Positions 1 to 11,328 of a stretch of DNA of 64,000 bases are shown here, in pieces; the first letter of the stretch is position 1, and each line of letters begins with the position of its first letter. The stretch is from an uncultured Gammaproteobacteria bacterium. Lineage in GTDB: Bacteria > Patescibacteriota > Microgenomatia > Levybacterales > UBA12049. A model generated the notes under the pieces. The model searched no databases. It was not told where the DNA came from and saw only the letters and a program-made list of their open reading frames with translations. A program made the translations under genes and the position numbers. The DNA lies in the NCBI GenBank assembly GCA_964637955.1, contig CAZWXQ010000002.1, forward strand, positions 199,782 through 263,781, given 5' to 3'.

Positions 1-890
1 ACGATTAGCCCTTGGTAAAGTGCTTGCATAATGCTACTACCTCTTACTCTTACGAACCATGTACCAATGATACTAGTTACTATTGAAATCGCACCAAGAA
101 GTAATGGGAAAATAATTACATTTGTGTTTCCGCGAAAAGCAAGATCTCCTATGATCATTGCAGCAACTGAAGTGATTACATAAGTTTCAAAAAGATCTGC
201 TGCCATTCCTGCGTCATCACCGACATTGTCTCCAACTAAATCCGCGATAACCCCAGGGTTTCTTGGATCATCTTCCGGAATTCCCTTTTCAATTTTTCCT
301 ACCATGTCAGTTCCAACGTCAGCTGATTTGGTATAAATTCCTCCTCCAAGTCTAGCAAAAACTGAAATAAGTGATCCTCCGAATCCAAGAGCTATTAATG
401 GTGCTAAATTTGGGGTTGCATCTTGGCGGGTTAAAAACAAATAAAATCCTGTAACAGATAATATTGCAAGACCGTTTACTAAAAGTCCTGTCACTGCCCC
501 ACCCTTAAATGCCATATCAAATGCTTTTGCTAAGCCTGATTTAGCAGCTTGAGCTGTTCTAATATTGCTTTTAACGGCTATGGACATACCAAAAATTCCT
601 GCAGCTGCTGAGAAAATAGCACCAACTGCAAATCCCAAAGCCGTGTACATGTCAAAGGCAAAGAACAAGATTGCGAAAATAAGGGCACCTATAATTGTAA
701 TTACTAGGTATTGTTTTTTCATGAAAGCGATTGCACCTGTTTGAATTGCATCAGCAATTGCATTCATTTTCGAATCTCCTCTGGGACTCTTAACAATAAC
801 GAAGCTTAAGTAGATACCATAAAGAATTGAGAGAATGCCTGCTCCAAGACAAATCGCAATTGCATTATTTGTTATTAAAGATAATTCCAT
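1..890 (-). CDS. hppA: Membrane-bound pyrophosphate-energized proton/sodium pump (V-type PPase), N-terminal ~296 aa; continues beyond window start
   Basis: Reverse translation from ATG at 890 gives MELSLITNNAIAICLGAG... and the ADLVGDNVGDDAGMAADLFETY motif typical of H+-PPases. The ORF is open to position 1. It is absent from the ORF track because it is partial. Confidence 0.8.
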   Translation of the reverse strand, partial: MELSLITNNAIAICLGAGILSILYGIYLSFVIVKSPRGDSKMNAIADAIQTGAIAFMKKQYLVITIIGALIFAILFFAFDMYTALGFAVGAIFSAAAGIFGMSIAVKSNIRTAQAAKSGLAKAFDMAFKGGAVTGLLVNGLAILSVTGFYLFLTRQDATPNLAPLIALGFGGSLISVFARLGGGIYTKSADVGTDMVGKIEKGIPEDDPRNPGVIADLVGDNVGDDAGMAADLFETYVITSVAAMIIGDLAFRGNTNVIIFPLLLGAISIVTSIIGTWFVRVRGSSIMQALYQGLI

Positions 891-901
891 TATAAAAAAG
901 T

Positions 902-929
902 ATTATACCAATTGCAGCCTCATTGTAAA
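902..929 (-). promoter_or_regulatory. Sigma70-like promoter for hppA (TTTACA-16-TATAAT), ATG ~11 nt downstream of -10
   Basis: Minus-strand -35 TTTACA (plus 924-929) and -10 TATAAT (plus 902-907). Confidence 0.4.
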
Positions 930-1007
930 TAGGTTTTATACATCAAGAACTGCTGTCTTCGCCCATTGCTCATTTGCGAATTCGCAAGGACTCAAACTGC
1001 ACCAATT

Positions 1008-3044
<2,037 letters not shown>

Positions 3045-3083
3045 TTAAATTATCGTAAAGATTATATTAGCAAATAAAATCAA

Positions 3084-3127
3084 GTATTTCCACAGCGAGT
3101 ATCAAGTATTTCTCCGGCGAGTCCTGG
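3084..3127. repeat. Tandem 22-nt direct repeat x2 (ATCAAGTATTTCYMCRGCGAGT) upstream of gyrB
   Basis: atcaagtatttccacagcgagt / atcaagtatttctccggcgagt read directly, followed by the 7-bp inverted repeat CTCCGGC..GCCGGAG. Confidence 0.5.
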
Positions 3128-3151
3128 GTCCTTAGACTGCCGGAGAAAAGC

Positions 3152-3463
3152 TTAAGCCTCTTTAGGCTCTGCAGCTGCTGGAAGACCAAGTCCTGATCTT
3201 AAGTCTTCTGGGATCTCAAAAGCATCAGCTATACTTCCTAGCAATCGATCAACTGCTTTGTTTAGATCTGAACGATCTACAAAGAGCGTCTGATGTTTTA
3301 CCGCTACTGCATCAACTAAAATGTCGGGAATACCTGCCGCTCTAAGTCTTTCTTCAGAGCTAGCTGCTTCGAAGCGTATGTCCGATCTTCCAAATGCAGT
3401 ACTTGACCGTCCGCGAGAAACGGCTTGAGCATCTTCGAGCAATGATCTTTGTCTTTCACTCAT
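3152..3463 (-). CDS. Small hypothetical protein (~103 aa) with strong Shine-Dalgarno site; member of the leader-attenuator gene set
   Basis: ORF 3152..3472. ATG at 3463 is preceded by AGAAGGAGGTGATAATT. Protein is R/E/A-rich (MSERQRSLLEDAQAVSRGRS...). No family recognised. Confidence 0.55.
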   Translation of the reverse strand: MSERQRSLLEDAQAVSRGRSSTAFGRSDIRFEAASSEERLRAAGIPDILVDAVAVKHQTLFVDRSDLNKAVDRLLGSIADAFEIPEDLRSGLGLPAAAEPKEA

Positions 3464-3485
3464 AATTATCACCTCCTTCTAAAAC

Positions 3486-3510
3486 CACAAAAAAACTCCC
3501 TTACGGGAGT
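3486..3510 (-). terminator. Intrinsic terminator/attenuator hairpin ACUCCC-GUAA-GGGAGU plus U7 in the leader of the 3152..3463 gene
   Basis: Plus strand reads aaaaaaactcccttacgggagt. The minus-strand RNA has the hairpin followed by UUUUUUUGUGG, then the SD and ATG 25 nt later. Confidence 0.55.
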
Positions 3511-3615
3511 CAGGTTTTCTAAAGCAAAAAATTAATTTAAATCAAAAATACGCTAGCTCCCAAGAGAGTTAGCTCGCAGCATTTTTGATTTGATAGTCTT
3601 CTTAACATTAGCTTT

Positions 3616-3624
3616 ATAATACCA
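3616..3624 (-). promoter_or_regulatory. Extended -10 promoter (TGGTATTAT) upstream of the leader of the 3152..3463 gene
   Basis: Minus-strand TGGTATTAT lies ~150 nt upstream of the start codon. An upstream GGGAG box (CUCUCUUGGGAGCU) could pair with the terminator 5-prime arm. Confidence 0.3.
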
Positions 3625-3694
3625 AATTAAGATACGGTTTTCTAGTCTTTAATTAAATATACATTTGATTTAGTGGACAACTTCTAATTATTTC

Positions 3695-3940
3695 TTATTC
3701 CTCAGGCTGAGGAATAATTGGCTCACCTGTGGTATGTAGATCTGAAATTATTCCCAGATTCCATGCACCTGATACTTCGACTATTCCTCTTTCCACATAG
3801 TCTCTTAATTCCTCATCAACAATATCCTTTAAAATTTGATCCAATTCTGGATTTGGTGGGAGATCATCGAACAAATTTCTGTTAAAAGGAGGTCTTGGTG
3901 GGCTTTCCACCCAAGTTATCTGTGGGATTGGTCTTTCCAT
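3695..3940 (-). CDS. Hypothetical protein (81 aa); overlaps the 3-prime end of the next gene by 25 nt
   Basis: ORF only. Its stop codon is embedded in the palindrome TTATTCCTCAG-G-CTGAGGAATAA. Confidence 0.3.
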   Translation of the reverse strand: MERPIPQITWVESPPRPPFNRNLFDDLPPNPELDQILKDIVDEELRDYVERGIVEVSGAWNLGIISDLHTTGEPIIPQPEE

Positions 3941-4551
3941 AGTGGAATTAAAGCATTATTAGTTTCGATTTGCTTGGTTTGGCGGGTTTTTTTGAGGAAT
4001 CGAAAATCGCCTTCTTCGACAGATTCTGCTTCACCAGTTTCTACAAGTTTTCCCCACACAGCAGTTGCTGACGGGGAGGGCCAGTCTGAGTGTAATGGCG
4101 TATCGGACAGATATGCTAAAGTTAATGCATTCATCATTCTGTATCTTCTTATTCCTAGCCCTTTTCTTTTAAATGGCTTAAATGTGTATGTTCCTTCTAC
4201 TCGTGGTCTTTCTTCATCCGAATTTTCTCCTACCATAGTTACGCTCGCCATTCCTCTTCCTGTTACTATTCCCATTCTATTTTTATCAAATAGCTCTAGC
4301 GCCCATCCTAAATTTGATCCATCTTCTTGTTCTGATTTCCAGATTATTCCATAAGACGCTGTGTCATCAGAATGATAAACGCCAAAGTATTCTGGCTTTG
4401 AGCTCTTAACTTCTTCTGCTTTGAAATATCTTTTTATGGCATCAATATTATCATCTGGAGATAGTGGAACCAAAATGCCAGACGGAAAATGTTCTCTAAA
4501 AATTTTTTGCCTATCATCTTCCCTGTGTAAATAATTTTCGTTTTCTAACAT
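3916..4551 (-). CDS. Putative GNAT-family N-acetyltransferase (211 aa)
   Basis: RKGLGIRRYRMMNALTLA resembles the GNAT motif A (R/Q-x-x-G-x-G/A). Extended -10 TGTTATAAT lies 8 nt upstream of the ATG. Confidence 0.4.
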   Translation of the reverse strand: MLENENYLHREDDRQKIFREHFPSGILVPLSPDDNIDAIKRYFKAEEVKSSKPEYFGVYHSDDTASYGIIWKSEQEDGSNLGWALELFDKNRMGIVTGRGMASVTMVGENSDEERPRVEGTYTFKPFKRKGLGIRRYRMMNALTLAYLSDTPLHSDWPSPSATAVWGKLVETGEAESVEEGDFRFLKKTRQTKQIETNNALIPLWKDQSHR

Positions 4552-5064
4552 AAGAGTGAATTATAACATTTTTTTGCTTCGATTTACTTGGTTTGGCGAC
4601 TTTGGAGTTAAATCATACTATATTTTCTAAGCAGAAATGTTTTGTTATAATTTTTCATTATGTATTTGCCAGATAGAATTGAAGAAGGTTTGAGGCCCAG
4701 TAATGCATATCATCTTATTCTCCTCTGGACTCCAAATGTTCTTAATCCTCACAAGCTTTTTGCGAATCTTCGACATCCCATTGGTGAAGTTTTTCATACG
4801 AATCATAAGCAAAGGCCAGTGAAAGATTAAAAATGGAATTGCTTATTATATCGTTGAGCATAGACTTTTTGGGCATCTAGTAACTGTAGATGTCGTTAAG
4901 CCCACGAAATTCGCAGATGGAATCTTGCCGCGCGCTAGGCAATTATTTGATAGAAATTTTTATTATGGACATGATAAGGATTTTCCGCAGTCTTTTGAGC
5001 TAATTAACAGGACATTTGTAGTTTGCAATTTCGAGGTTAAGTCTCACTTAAAGAAGCTTCTGAA

Positions 5065-5781
5065 TTAGAGATTAAATCTTTTTATAAATTCTGCAATTAC
5101 ATTATTAACTTCCTCTATTTTATCTGGGTATTTCCTGTAATCATGTCCGCAATCTATAGAATATAGTTCTTTTGGTTCTTTGAAGTCTTCATAAGTCTTG
5201 ATTGATTTTTCATAATTAATAATCTGATCACCTTTTCCATATATAAATAGTTTCGGCTTATCATATTTTAGCAACTCTTCGGTTATAAGATAATTTTTTT
5301 CATCTTCAAAAAAGCTTTCTGGGAGTTCAAATTTTTTAACCTTCTCCCCTCCTCCAGGTGGAAGATCTCTCATGGAAACGTTATTGGTTAGTGGAGTAAG
5401 AGAATCTTTAGAGATTCCTGGCATTACTGCCGCATAGCCAGCTATATTTGGATTCTGAAAGGCAGAGAGAAGAGAAACACTTCCTCCCCTGCTATGTCCC
5501 ATTATGAAGGTGGGTCTATTCCCAAAATATTCTATGAGTTCATTTACAGCATTAATATAATTGGTGGTGGTGTAAAGACTTATGTCACCTGGACTTTCCC
5601 AGGTTCCCGGTGGATCAAATGAGAGCGCGAAAAATCCAAGGCTTGCAAGCATTTCTACGTGACTATGCATGTGAGCATAATCCTTGGAGTCTAATTTTCC
5701 TGGAAGAACTAAAGCGAATTTTTCGGAGTTTTCATCTCCTTGTTGGTAAACAGCTAATTCAAAGTTCTTTGTCTTAATCAT
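5065..5781 (-). CDS. Alpha/beta-hydrolase fold esterase/lipase family protein
   Basis: 238 aa. GHSRGG nucleophile elbow (GxSxG) and a C-terminal GHDY His. Confidence 0.6.
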   Translation of the reverse strand: MIKTKNFELAVYQQGDENSEKFALVLPGKLDSKDYAHMHSHVEMLASLGFFALSFDPPGTWESPGDISLYTTTNYINAVNELIEYFGNRPTFIMGHSRGGSVSLLSAFQNPNIAGYAAVMPGISKDSLTPLTNNVSMRDLPPGGGEKVKKFELPESFFEDEKNYLITEELLKYDKPKLFIYGKGDQIINYEKSIKTYEDFKEPKELYSIDCGHDYRKYPDKIEEVNNVIAEFIKRFNL

Positions 5782-5802
5782 AACGAGATTATAGCAAAGT
5801 TA

Positions 5803-6216
5803 TTATTGGTAGTAGTTTGCTGAATTAATACTATTAATAGTTGTATTCACCATTTCTAAGTATTGTTTGATGAATATGATAAATAAGACAGTCGCTATTA
5901 TCGTCACTATTATTGCAAGAGCTCCAATTAGCTTTGCTTTTTTATCTTTATTCTTCAGGTATCTAATTCCAGGAATGAGTCCAAAGGGGGGAAATAAAAA
6001 TGATATAAGAAGTATGCTGATTGTTCCTATGATTGTGAAGTGGTAAGGTGGTTCTTTAATTTTATGTCCACAGTGTGGGCAAAAATAAAATGAAGAATTT
6101 ATTTCACTATGACACCTATTGCAGTGTGTTTGGACTGGGGCGACTTCAGTAGGTGTGTTTTGTAAGATCGTAGTTGGCGGAGTTTGGATCTGTGATGTTT
6201 GGTTATTCTGTTCCAC
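5803..6216 (-). CDS. Zinc-ribbon (CxxC..CxxC) membrane protein, hypothetical
   Basis: CNRCHSE...CPHCGH followed by two predicted TM helices. Confidence 0.35.
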   Translation of the reverse strand: MEQNNQTSQIQTPPTTILQNTPTEVAPVQTHCNRCHSEINSSFYFCPHCGHKIKEPPYHFTIIGTISILLISFLFPPFGLIPGIRYLKNKDKKAKLIGALAIIVTIIATVLFIIFIKQYLEMVNTTINSINSANYYQ

Positions 6217-6253
6217 AATCCTAGCATTTCATAATTTAGTTGAATCGTCAATT

Positions 6254-6284
6254 TAGCCTCGTAAGGCCAGGCCTTGCAAGGCTA
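6254..6284. repeat. REP-like palindromic element, diverged copy (AGCCTCGTAAGGCC-A-GGCCTTGCAAGGCT)
   Basis: One of 5 copies of the 29-nt palindrome family. One mismatch and one wobble in the stem. Lies just downstream of the holB stop. Confidence 0.7.
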
Positions 6285-6288
6285 GAGG

Positions 6289-6939
6289 TTAGATGTTTAA
6301 GAATAGGTTTTCCATTGTAAGGCGGGTGTTGGTATTTGTAGTTTTCAAATCATAATGAGCTAGCTCAAGCTTGTGAATGATTTTCCTAAGTTTTAGGGCT
6401 TTTTCTGATTTGTTATGCTGAACTTGTTTCAGCATCTCGTCCCTGGCTCCCAAGATTGATTGTTCTAAAAAATTTATTGCTTCAGTTTTTTCTTCTGAGA
6501 TTTTCGAAGCTAGATAAAGCATGCCTCCTTCTCCATCTAGTTCTAGAATCTGATTAATTGCTTCGGGGTCAATCTTAATTTCTTCTTTAATCTCAATTAT
6601 TTTTGCACGAGAAAGAATAGTCGGTAGAAAAGAATGATAATTGTTGGTAATTAAAATTATCATAGAGCTTGGGGGAGGTTCTTCGAGAAGTTTTAGCATA
6701 GCGTTTTGGGCATCAACTGTCGCGCTATTTCGCATATATATAATAGTAGATTTTTTTTCTCCTTTGAAAGGCTTTAGAAATATTGTTTTTTGAATGTTTC
6801 GTACGTCTTCAATTCCCAGGGCTTTTTCAAACTCTTTTATATCGACATCGAACTTATCAATTTTATTTTTTTTGTTAAGTTCCTGCGCTTTTTCCAGAGA
6901 TTTTTCAAAGTTGTTCGCAGAAATAATAAAGGTATTCAT
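6289..6939 (-). CDS. holB: DNA polymerase III delta-prime subunit-like clamp-loader protein (short form)
   Basis: LLKLLEEPPPSS and TILSRA motifs of clamp-loader AAA+ proteins. 216 aa. Confidence 0.55.
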   Translation of the reverse strand: MNTFIISANNFEKSLEKAQELNKKNKIDKFDVDIKEFEKALGIEDVRNIQKTIFLKPFKGEKKSTIIYMRNSATVDAQNAMLKLLEEPPPSSMIILITNNYHSFLPTILSRAKIIEIKEEIKIDPEAINQILELDGEGGMLYLASKISEEKTEAINFLEQSILGARDEMLKQVQHNKSEKALKLRKIIHKLELAHYDLKTTNTNTRLTMENLFLNI

Positions 6940-7063
6940 AGGTCAATTTTCAATTTTAAATTTATAATTCTCAAAGAATTTTAAAAGGACAATTTTTATA
7001 ATTTTAACATTTAAATTTCAATAAAAATTTCAAATTTTAAATTTAAAATTATTTATACTTTCC

Positions 7064-7093
7064 TTGACATTATAGCTAAAATTTAAATACTAT
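7064..7093 (+). promoter_or_regulatory. Sigma70-like promoter of the pilus operon (TTGACA-18-TACTAT); ATG 16 nt downstream
   Basis: TTGACA at 7064-7069. The AT-rich upstream region carries three ATTTTAAATTT-type palindromic repeats. Confidence 0.4.
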
Positions 7094-7108
7094 ATTATAG
7101 TAAGTGTT

Positions 7109-8827
7109 ATGGATCCATCTGCCCAACCATCCAGCCTAAGTTTAATTGATATTTTAGCAAGCGAGCGTCTTCTTACTCAAGCTCAGTATAATGACATTAA
7201 GTTAAAGGCAGCAACCCAAGGAGTTAGCGAAGAGTCAATAATTGAGAGTAATAGGCTTGTCACTGAGGAAAAGATGTCCGAAGCAAAGGCTAAAATGCTC
7301 GGCATTCCATTTGTTTCAATTGAAAATGCTTCTTTTTCACCTGAAGCACTGGGCTTGGTTCCTGAGGCTGTGGTTCAAAGATTTAATTTAATCCCCTTTC
7401 TTTATGATGCAAAAAGTCAAACGCTCTCGATTGCCATGGGAAATCCCGTAGATCTTGATGCGATTACTTTCGTCAGACAAAAAACAGGACTTATCATAAA
7501 AGCATTTGCTGCAGCTCCAAGTGCTGTTAAGGCGGCGATCGATATGCAATATAAACAAGAGCTAGTCGGTCAAGTTGGTGAAGCCCTCAAAGAAACTGCA
7601 CCAGATCCTAGTAAAGCAAAGACAGTTGATTCTACCCAAATTGCCCAGATTATAAAGGAAGCTCCTATTGCCAAGATTGTTTCGACGATTCTCGATTATG
7701 CTGTAAAAAGTAGATCATCAGATGTTCATATAGAGCCTCAAGATGACAGAGTTAGAGTTCGCTATAGAATTGACGGAATTTTATATGATCGACTTAGTCT
7801 TCCTAAGTCAGTTCAGGAAGCTGTTATTTCGCGTATAAAAATTCTTTCTGAAATGAAAATTGATGAGCATAGAATTCCTCAGGATGGAAGATTTAATTAT
7901 AAATCTGATGATAAAGAAGTAGATCTTCGTATTTCAGTTCTGCCTGCAAATCATGGTGAGAAAATTGTTATGCGTTTACTTCGTAAAAGTGGCGGAATAC
8001 CTACCTTACAGGAATTGGGGCTTGAAGGAACTGCCCTTCGAAATCTCGAGGTAAATATGCTTCGTCCCCACGGAATTATTTTGGTAACAGGTCCTACAGG
8101 TTCAGGAAAAACCACTACGCTTTATTCCGTTCTTAATAAGCTTAATAGTCCTAAGATAAATATTATGACTCTTGAAGATCCTGTCGAGTATGAAATGCCG
8201 GGGATAAATCAGGTTCAAGTTAACACTGCAGTTGGTTTGACATTCGCATCAGGGCTCAGGTCTTTCTTGAGGCAGGATCCAAATATAATTCTTGTTGGTG
8301 AAATTCGTGATAAAGAAACCACAGATTTGGCTGTTCAAGCAGCATTGACAGGTCATTTGGTGTTCTCTACTCTTCATACTTCAAATGCTGCTGGAGCAAT
8401 TCCGCGTCTTATAGACTTGGGAGCAGAATCATTTTTGCTTGCGTCATCGATTAGTGCGATTGTGGGGCAAAGAATCGTTAGAAAAATCTGTGCGACTTGT
8501 AAAACTGATTTTGACGCAGCCCCGGCAATCCTAGAAGACATAAAAAAAACTTTAGGAACTATGTTTCCTCAGGGTTCTATTAAATTTTCTAGAGGTCAGG
8601 GTTGCAGTGAATGCGGTAATTCTGGATACTTAGGAAGAGTCGGAATTTTTGAAGTGCTTCCTGTTACGCAAAAAATGTCAGACCTTATACTTAAACGTGC
8701 AGATACAAATACAATCGAAAATGAAGCCATTGCTGAGCATATGATTACTATGAAGCAAGACGGTTATTTAAAGTTAATTCGCGGAGTCACAACTCTGGAA
8801 GAAGTTTTGCGCGTTGCTCAGGAATAA
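7109..8827 (+). CDS. pilB: Type IV pilus assembly ATPase PilB (GspE family)
   Basis: 572 aa. GspII_E N-domain, Walker A GPTGSGKTTT, tetracysteine C..C...C..C motif. Confidence 0.9.
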   Translation: MDPSAQPSSLSLIDILASERLLTQAQYNDIKLKAATQGVSEESIIESNRLVTEEKMSEAKAKMLGIPFVSIENASFSPEALGLVPEAVVQRFNLIPFLYDAKSQTLSIAMGNPVDLDAITFVRQKTGLIIKAFAAAPSAVKAAIDMQYKQELVGQVGEALKETAPDPSKAKTVDSTQIAQIIKEAPIAKIVSTILDYAVKSRSSDVHIEPQDDRVRVRYRIDGILYDRLSLPKSVQEAVISRIKILSEMKIDEHRIPQDGRFNYKSDDKEVDLRISVLPANHGEKIVMRLLRKSGGIPTLQELGLEGTALRNLEVNMLRPHGIILVTGPTGSGKTTTLYSVLNKLNSPKINIMTLEDPVEYEMPGINQVQVNTAVGLTFASGLRSFLRQDPNIILVGEIRDKETTDLAVQAALTGHLVFSTLHTSNAAGAIPRLIDLGAESFLLASSISAIVGQRIVRKICATCKTDFDAAPAILEDIKKTLGTMFPQGSIKFSRGQGCSECGNSGYLGRVGIFEVLPVTQKMSDLILKRADTNTIENEAIAEHMITMKQDGYLKLIRGVTTLEEVLRVAQE

Positions 8828-8930
8828 AAAGAAATTTATCATATATTATTTATTATTGAATATTAAAAAAAATGATTAATTGACCAAATTCATTAAATAG
8901 TCTTTAATAAAACTAGGCAGAAATTATTTT

Positions 8931-9998
8931 ATGGAAATTCAGGAATTATTAAATCTTACAGTTAAAAATAAAGCATCGGATTTACATCTTTTGGTTGGTA
9001 TTCCTCCTACAATTAGAGTTGATGGGGTCCTTAATTCCCTTCAAAACTACCCTGTTGTTTCACCGCAGGCTATGGAGCAAATGATTTTTTCACTTCTAAA
9101 ACCAGCTCAAAAAGATGCGCTTCTTGCAAACAAAGAGCTTGATTTCTCTTTTGGAATTGGCGGTGGACCATATGGAGATATGGGTCGTTTCAGAGTGAAT
9201 ATTTATTACCAAAGAGGTTATATGTCAGGAGCATTCAGGTATCTTGAGCCGAAAATTAGAACCATTGAAGAGTTAAAGCTTCCACAAGTTGCTCACAATT
9301 TTGCCGCCCTTAGACAAGGGTTCGTTTTAGTAACCGGTCCTACAGGACACGGAAAATCGACCACTCTTGCAGCAATCATAAATGAAATAAATCTTTCCAA
9401 ACCTGCACATATCTTAACAATCGAGGATCCGATCGAATATATTTATCCTCAGGGAAAAAGTATAATTTCGCAGCGTGAAATGGGGGAAGATTCACACTCT
9501 TGGAACTATGCGCTTCGCGCAGCTCTTCGTGAAGATCCTGATGTAGTTTTAATCGGAGAAATGAGAGATCCTGAGACTATCTCTTCAGCTATAACTATTG
9601 CAGAAACTGGCCATTTGGTGTTCTCTACTCTTCACACGAATTCTGCTTCTCAAACTATTGATCGTATTATAGATTCATTTCCTGCGAACCAGCAGCCGCA
9701 AATTAGAACTCAACTTGCAGGAACTTTAAAAGGAATTATTTCTCAAAGACTTCTTCCTCAGATAAATGGAGGAAGAATACCAGCCGTAGAAGTGCTTATT
9801 GGAAATAATGCAGTTGCTACCAACATCCGAGAAGGAAAAACTCATCTTATTGATTCTATTATTGAAACATCACAAGATGTCGGAATGATAAGTCTTGAGT
9901 CTACTTTGTCCACTATGGTTTCAGCTGGAAGTATTAGCCTTGAGACTGCAAAGAGTTATGCATCTCATCCAGAAGATCTGCTAAGAATGGTAGCATAG
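8931..9998 (+). CDS. pilT: Twitching motility retraction ATPase PilT
   Basis: 355 aa. GPTGHGKSTT and ETGHLVFSTLHT motifs. Confidence 0.9.
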   Translation: MEIQELLNLTVKNKASDLHLLVGIPPTIRVDGVLNSLQNYPVVSPQAMEQMIFSLLKPAQKDALLANKELDFSFGIGGGPYGDMGRFRVNIYYQRGYMSGAFRYLEPKIRTIEELKLPQVAHNFAALRQGFVLVTGPTGHGKSTTLAAIINEINLSKPAHILTIEDPIEYIYPQGKSIISQREMGEDSHSWNYALRAALREDPDVVLIGEMRDPETISSAITIAETGHLVFSTLHTNSASQTIDRIIDSFPANQQPQIRTQLAGTLKGIISQRLLPQINGGRIPAVEVLIGNNAVATNIREGKTHLIDSIIETSQDVGMISLESTLSTMVSAGSISLETAKSYASHPEDLLRMVA

Positions 9999-10005
9999 CT
10001 TTCGT

Positions 10006-11208
10006 ATGAAATTTAGATATAAAGCTATTTCACAAGATGGAAAAAGAGTAAGGGGATTTATTGAGGCCAGTGAGAAAAAAGATGCCATAAATTATCTTCA
10101 TCAAAAAAACCTTATTCCTTTGGATATCAAGGAAGATAAAGAGCTTGAGTTTTTTAAAAAATTACCATTTGTAGGAAAAGTAAGCTCTAAGGATCTTGTA
10201 GTTTTTACAAGACAACTTTCCTCAATGCTTACCTCAGGTCTAACTCTTATTAAATCTCTTCAGATTTTAAAAAGCCAATTAAGCAATAAAACACTTCAAG
10301 AAACAATTGGTGGTTGCCTACTCGACCTTGAAGAAGGAAAGAAATTTTCAGAAGCTATATCCAAGTATCCTGAAATTTTTTCACCTGTTTATGTTTCGCT
10401 TGTTAGCGCAGGAGAGAAATCTGGGCTTCTTGATAAAGTTTTTTTACAATTAGCAACAAATCTTGAAAAACACTATAAATTAAAAAATAAGGTACGAGGT
10501 GCCTTAATTTACCCAATTATCGTAATAATGTTAATGATAGTGGTGACATTTATCTTGATGATTTTCGTAGTTCCTCAGTTATCCACGCTTTATGATGGAT
10601 TGGGGGTAGAACTTCCTTTCGCTACAAAACTTGTTGTAGGTATGTCATCAGGCGCTACAAAATTATGGCCTCTCATACTGGTTTTAGCTGCTTTAGGAAT
10701 TTATGGATTTTTAAGATGGAAAAAAACTCCCAGAGGACGAGAAATTTACGATAAGAAAATATTAAGCTTTCCACTTTTTGGAAAAATTATTCGAGGATCG
10801 ATACTTACTGAAGTTTCAAGAACATTTGGTTTATTGGTAGGTACAGGAACGTTAATAGTAGATGCTCTAAATCAGTGTGCAGCAGTAGCAGGAAATAAAG
10901 TATATGAAATCGCAATATATGAGATAACTAAAAAGGTTGAAAAAGGAGTTAGTGTGGGTGAAGCCATGGAACAATATGATATTTTCCCTCCTATTTTAGT
11001 TCAACTTATTAAGGTGGGAGAAGAAACCGGGAAGATTGATGAAAATGCACTTAAAGCTTCCGAATATTTCGAAGAAGAAGTAGATCAATCAGTTAAAACT
11101 CTTACTACCGCTATGGAACCATTTATTATGATAGTTCTTGGATTAGGTGTAGGATTTTTAGTATTTTCAGTAATATCACCAATTTATGGCTTACTGTCTG
11201 CATTCTAA
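10006..11208 (+). CDS. pilC: Type IV pilus inner-membrane platform protein PilC (GspF family)
   Basis: 400 aa. Two GspF repeats and three TM segments. Confidence 0.85.
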   Translation: MKFRYKAISQDGKRVRGFIEASEKKDAINYLHQKNLIPLDIKEDKELEFFKKLPFVGKVSSKDLVVFTRQLSSMLTSGLTLIKSLQILKSQLSNKTLQETIGGCLLDLEEGKKFSEAISKYPEIFSPVYVSLVSAGEKSGLLDKVFLQLATNLEKHYKLKNKVRGALIYPIIVIMLMIVVTFILMIFVVPQLSTLYDGLGVELPFATKLVVGMSSGATKLWPLILVLAALGIYGFLRWKKTPRGREIYDKKILSFPLFGKIIRGSILTEVSRTFGLLVGTGTLIVDALNQCAAVAGNKVYEIAIYEITKKVEKGVSVGEAMEQYDIFPPILVQLIKVGEETGKIDENALKASEYFEEEVDQSVKTLTTAMEPFIMIVLGLGVGFLVFSVISPIYGLLSAF

Positions 11209-11328
11209 TTTCCTATTGTCATTCTGAATCTTTTCAAAATCTCGATCCCAAAATAAATTTGGGATGACACAAAAAAGATTGGTTTGAGGCTAAAATACCT
11301 ATTGACATAAAGTTTTAGGTATGAATAA

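Noticed and set aside
972-985. Perfect 14-nt palindrome TTGCGAATTCGCAA 20 nt downstream of the gyrB stop
   Set aside because: Single copy with no U-tract. Could be a weak terminator or chance (contains an EcoRI site). Too little to support a feature call.
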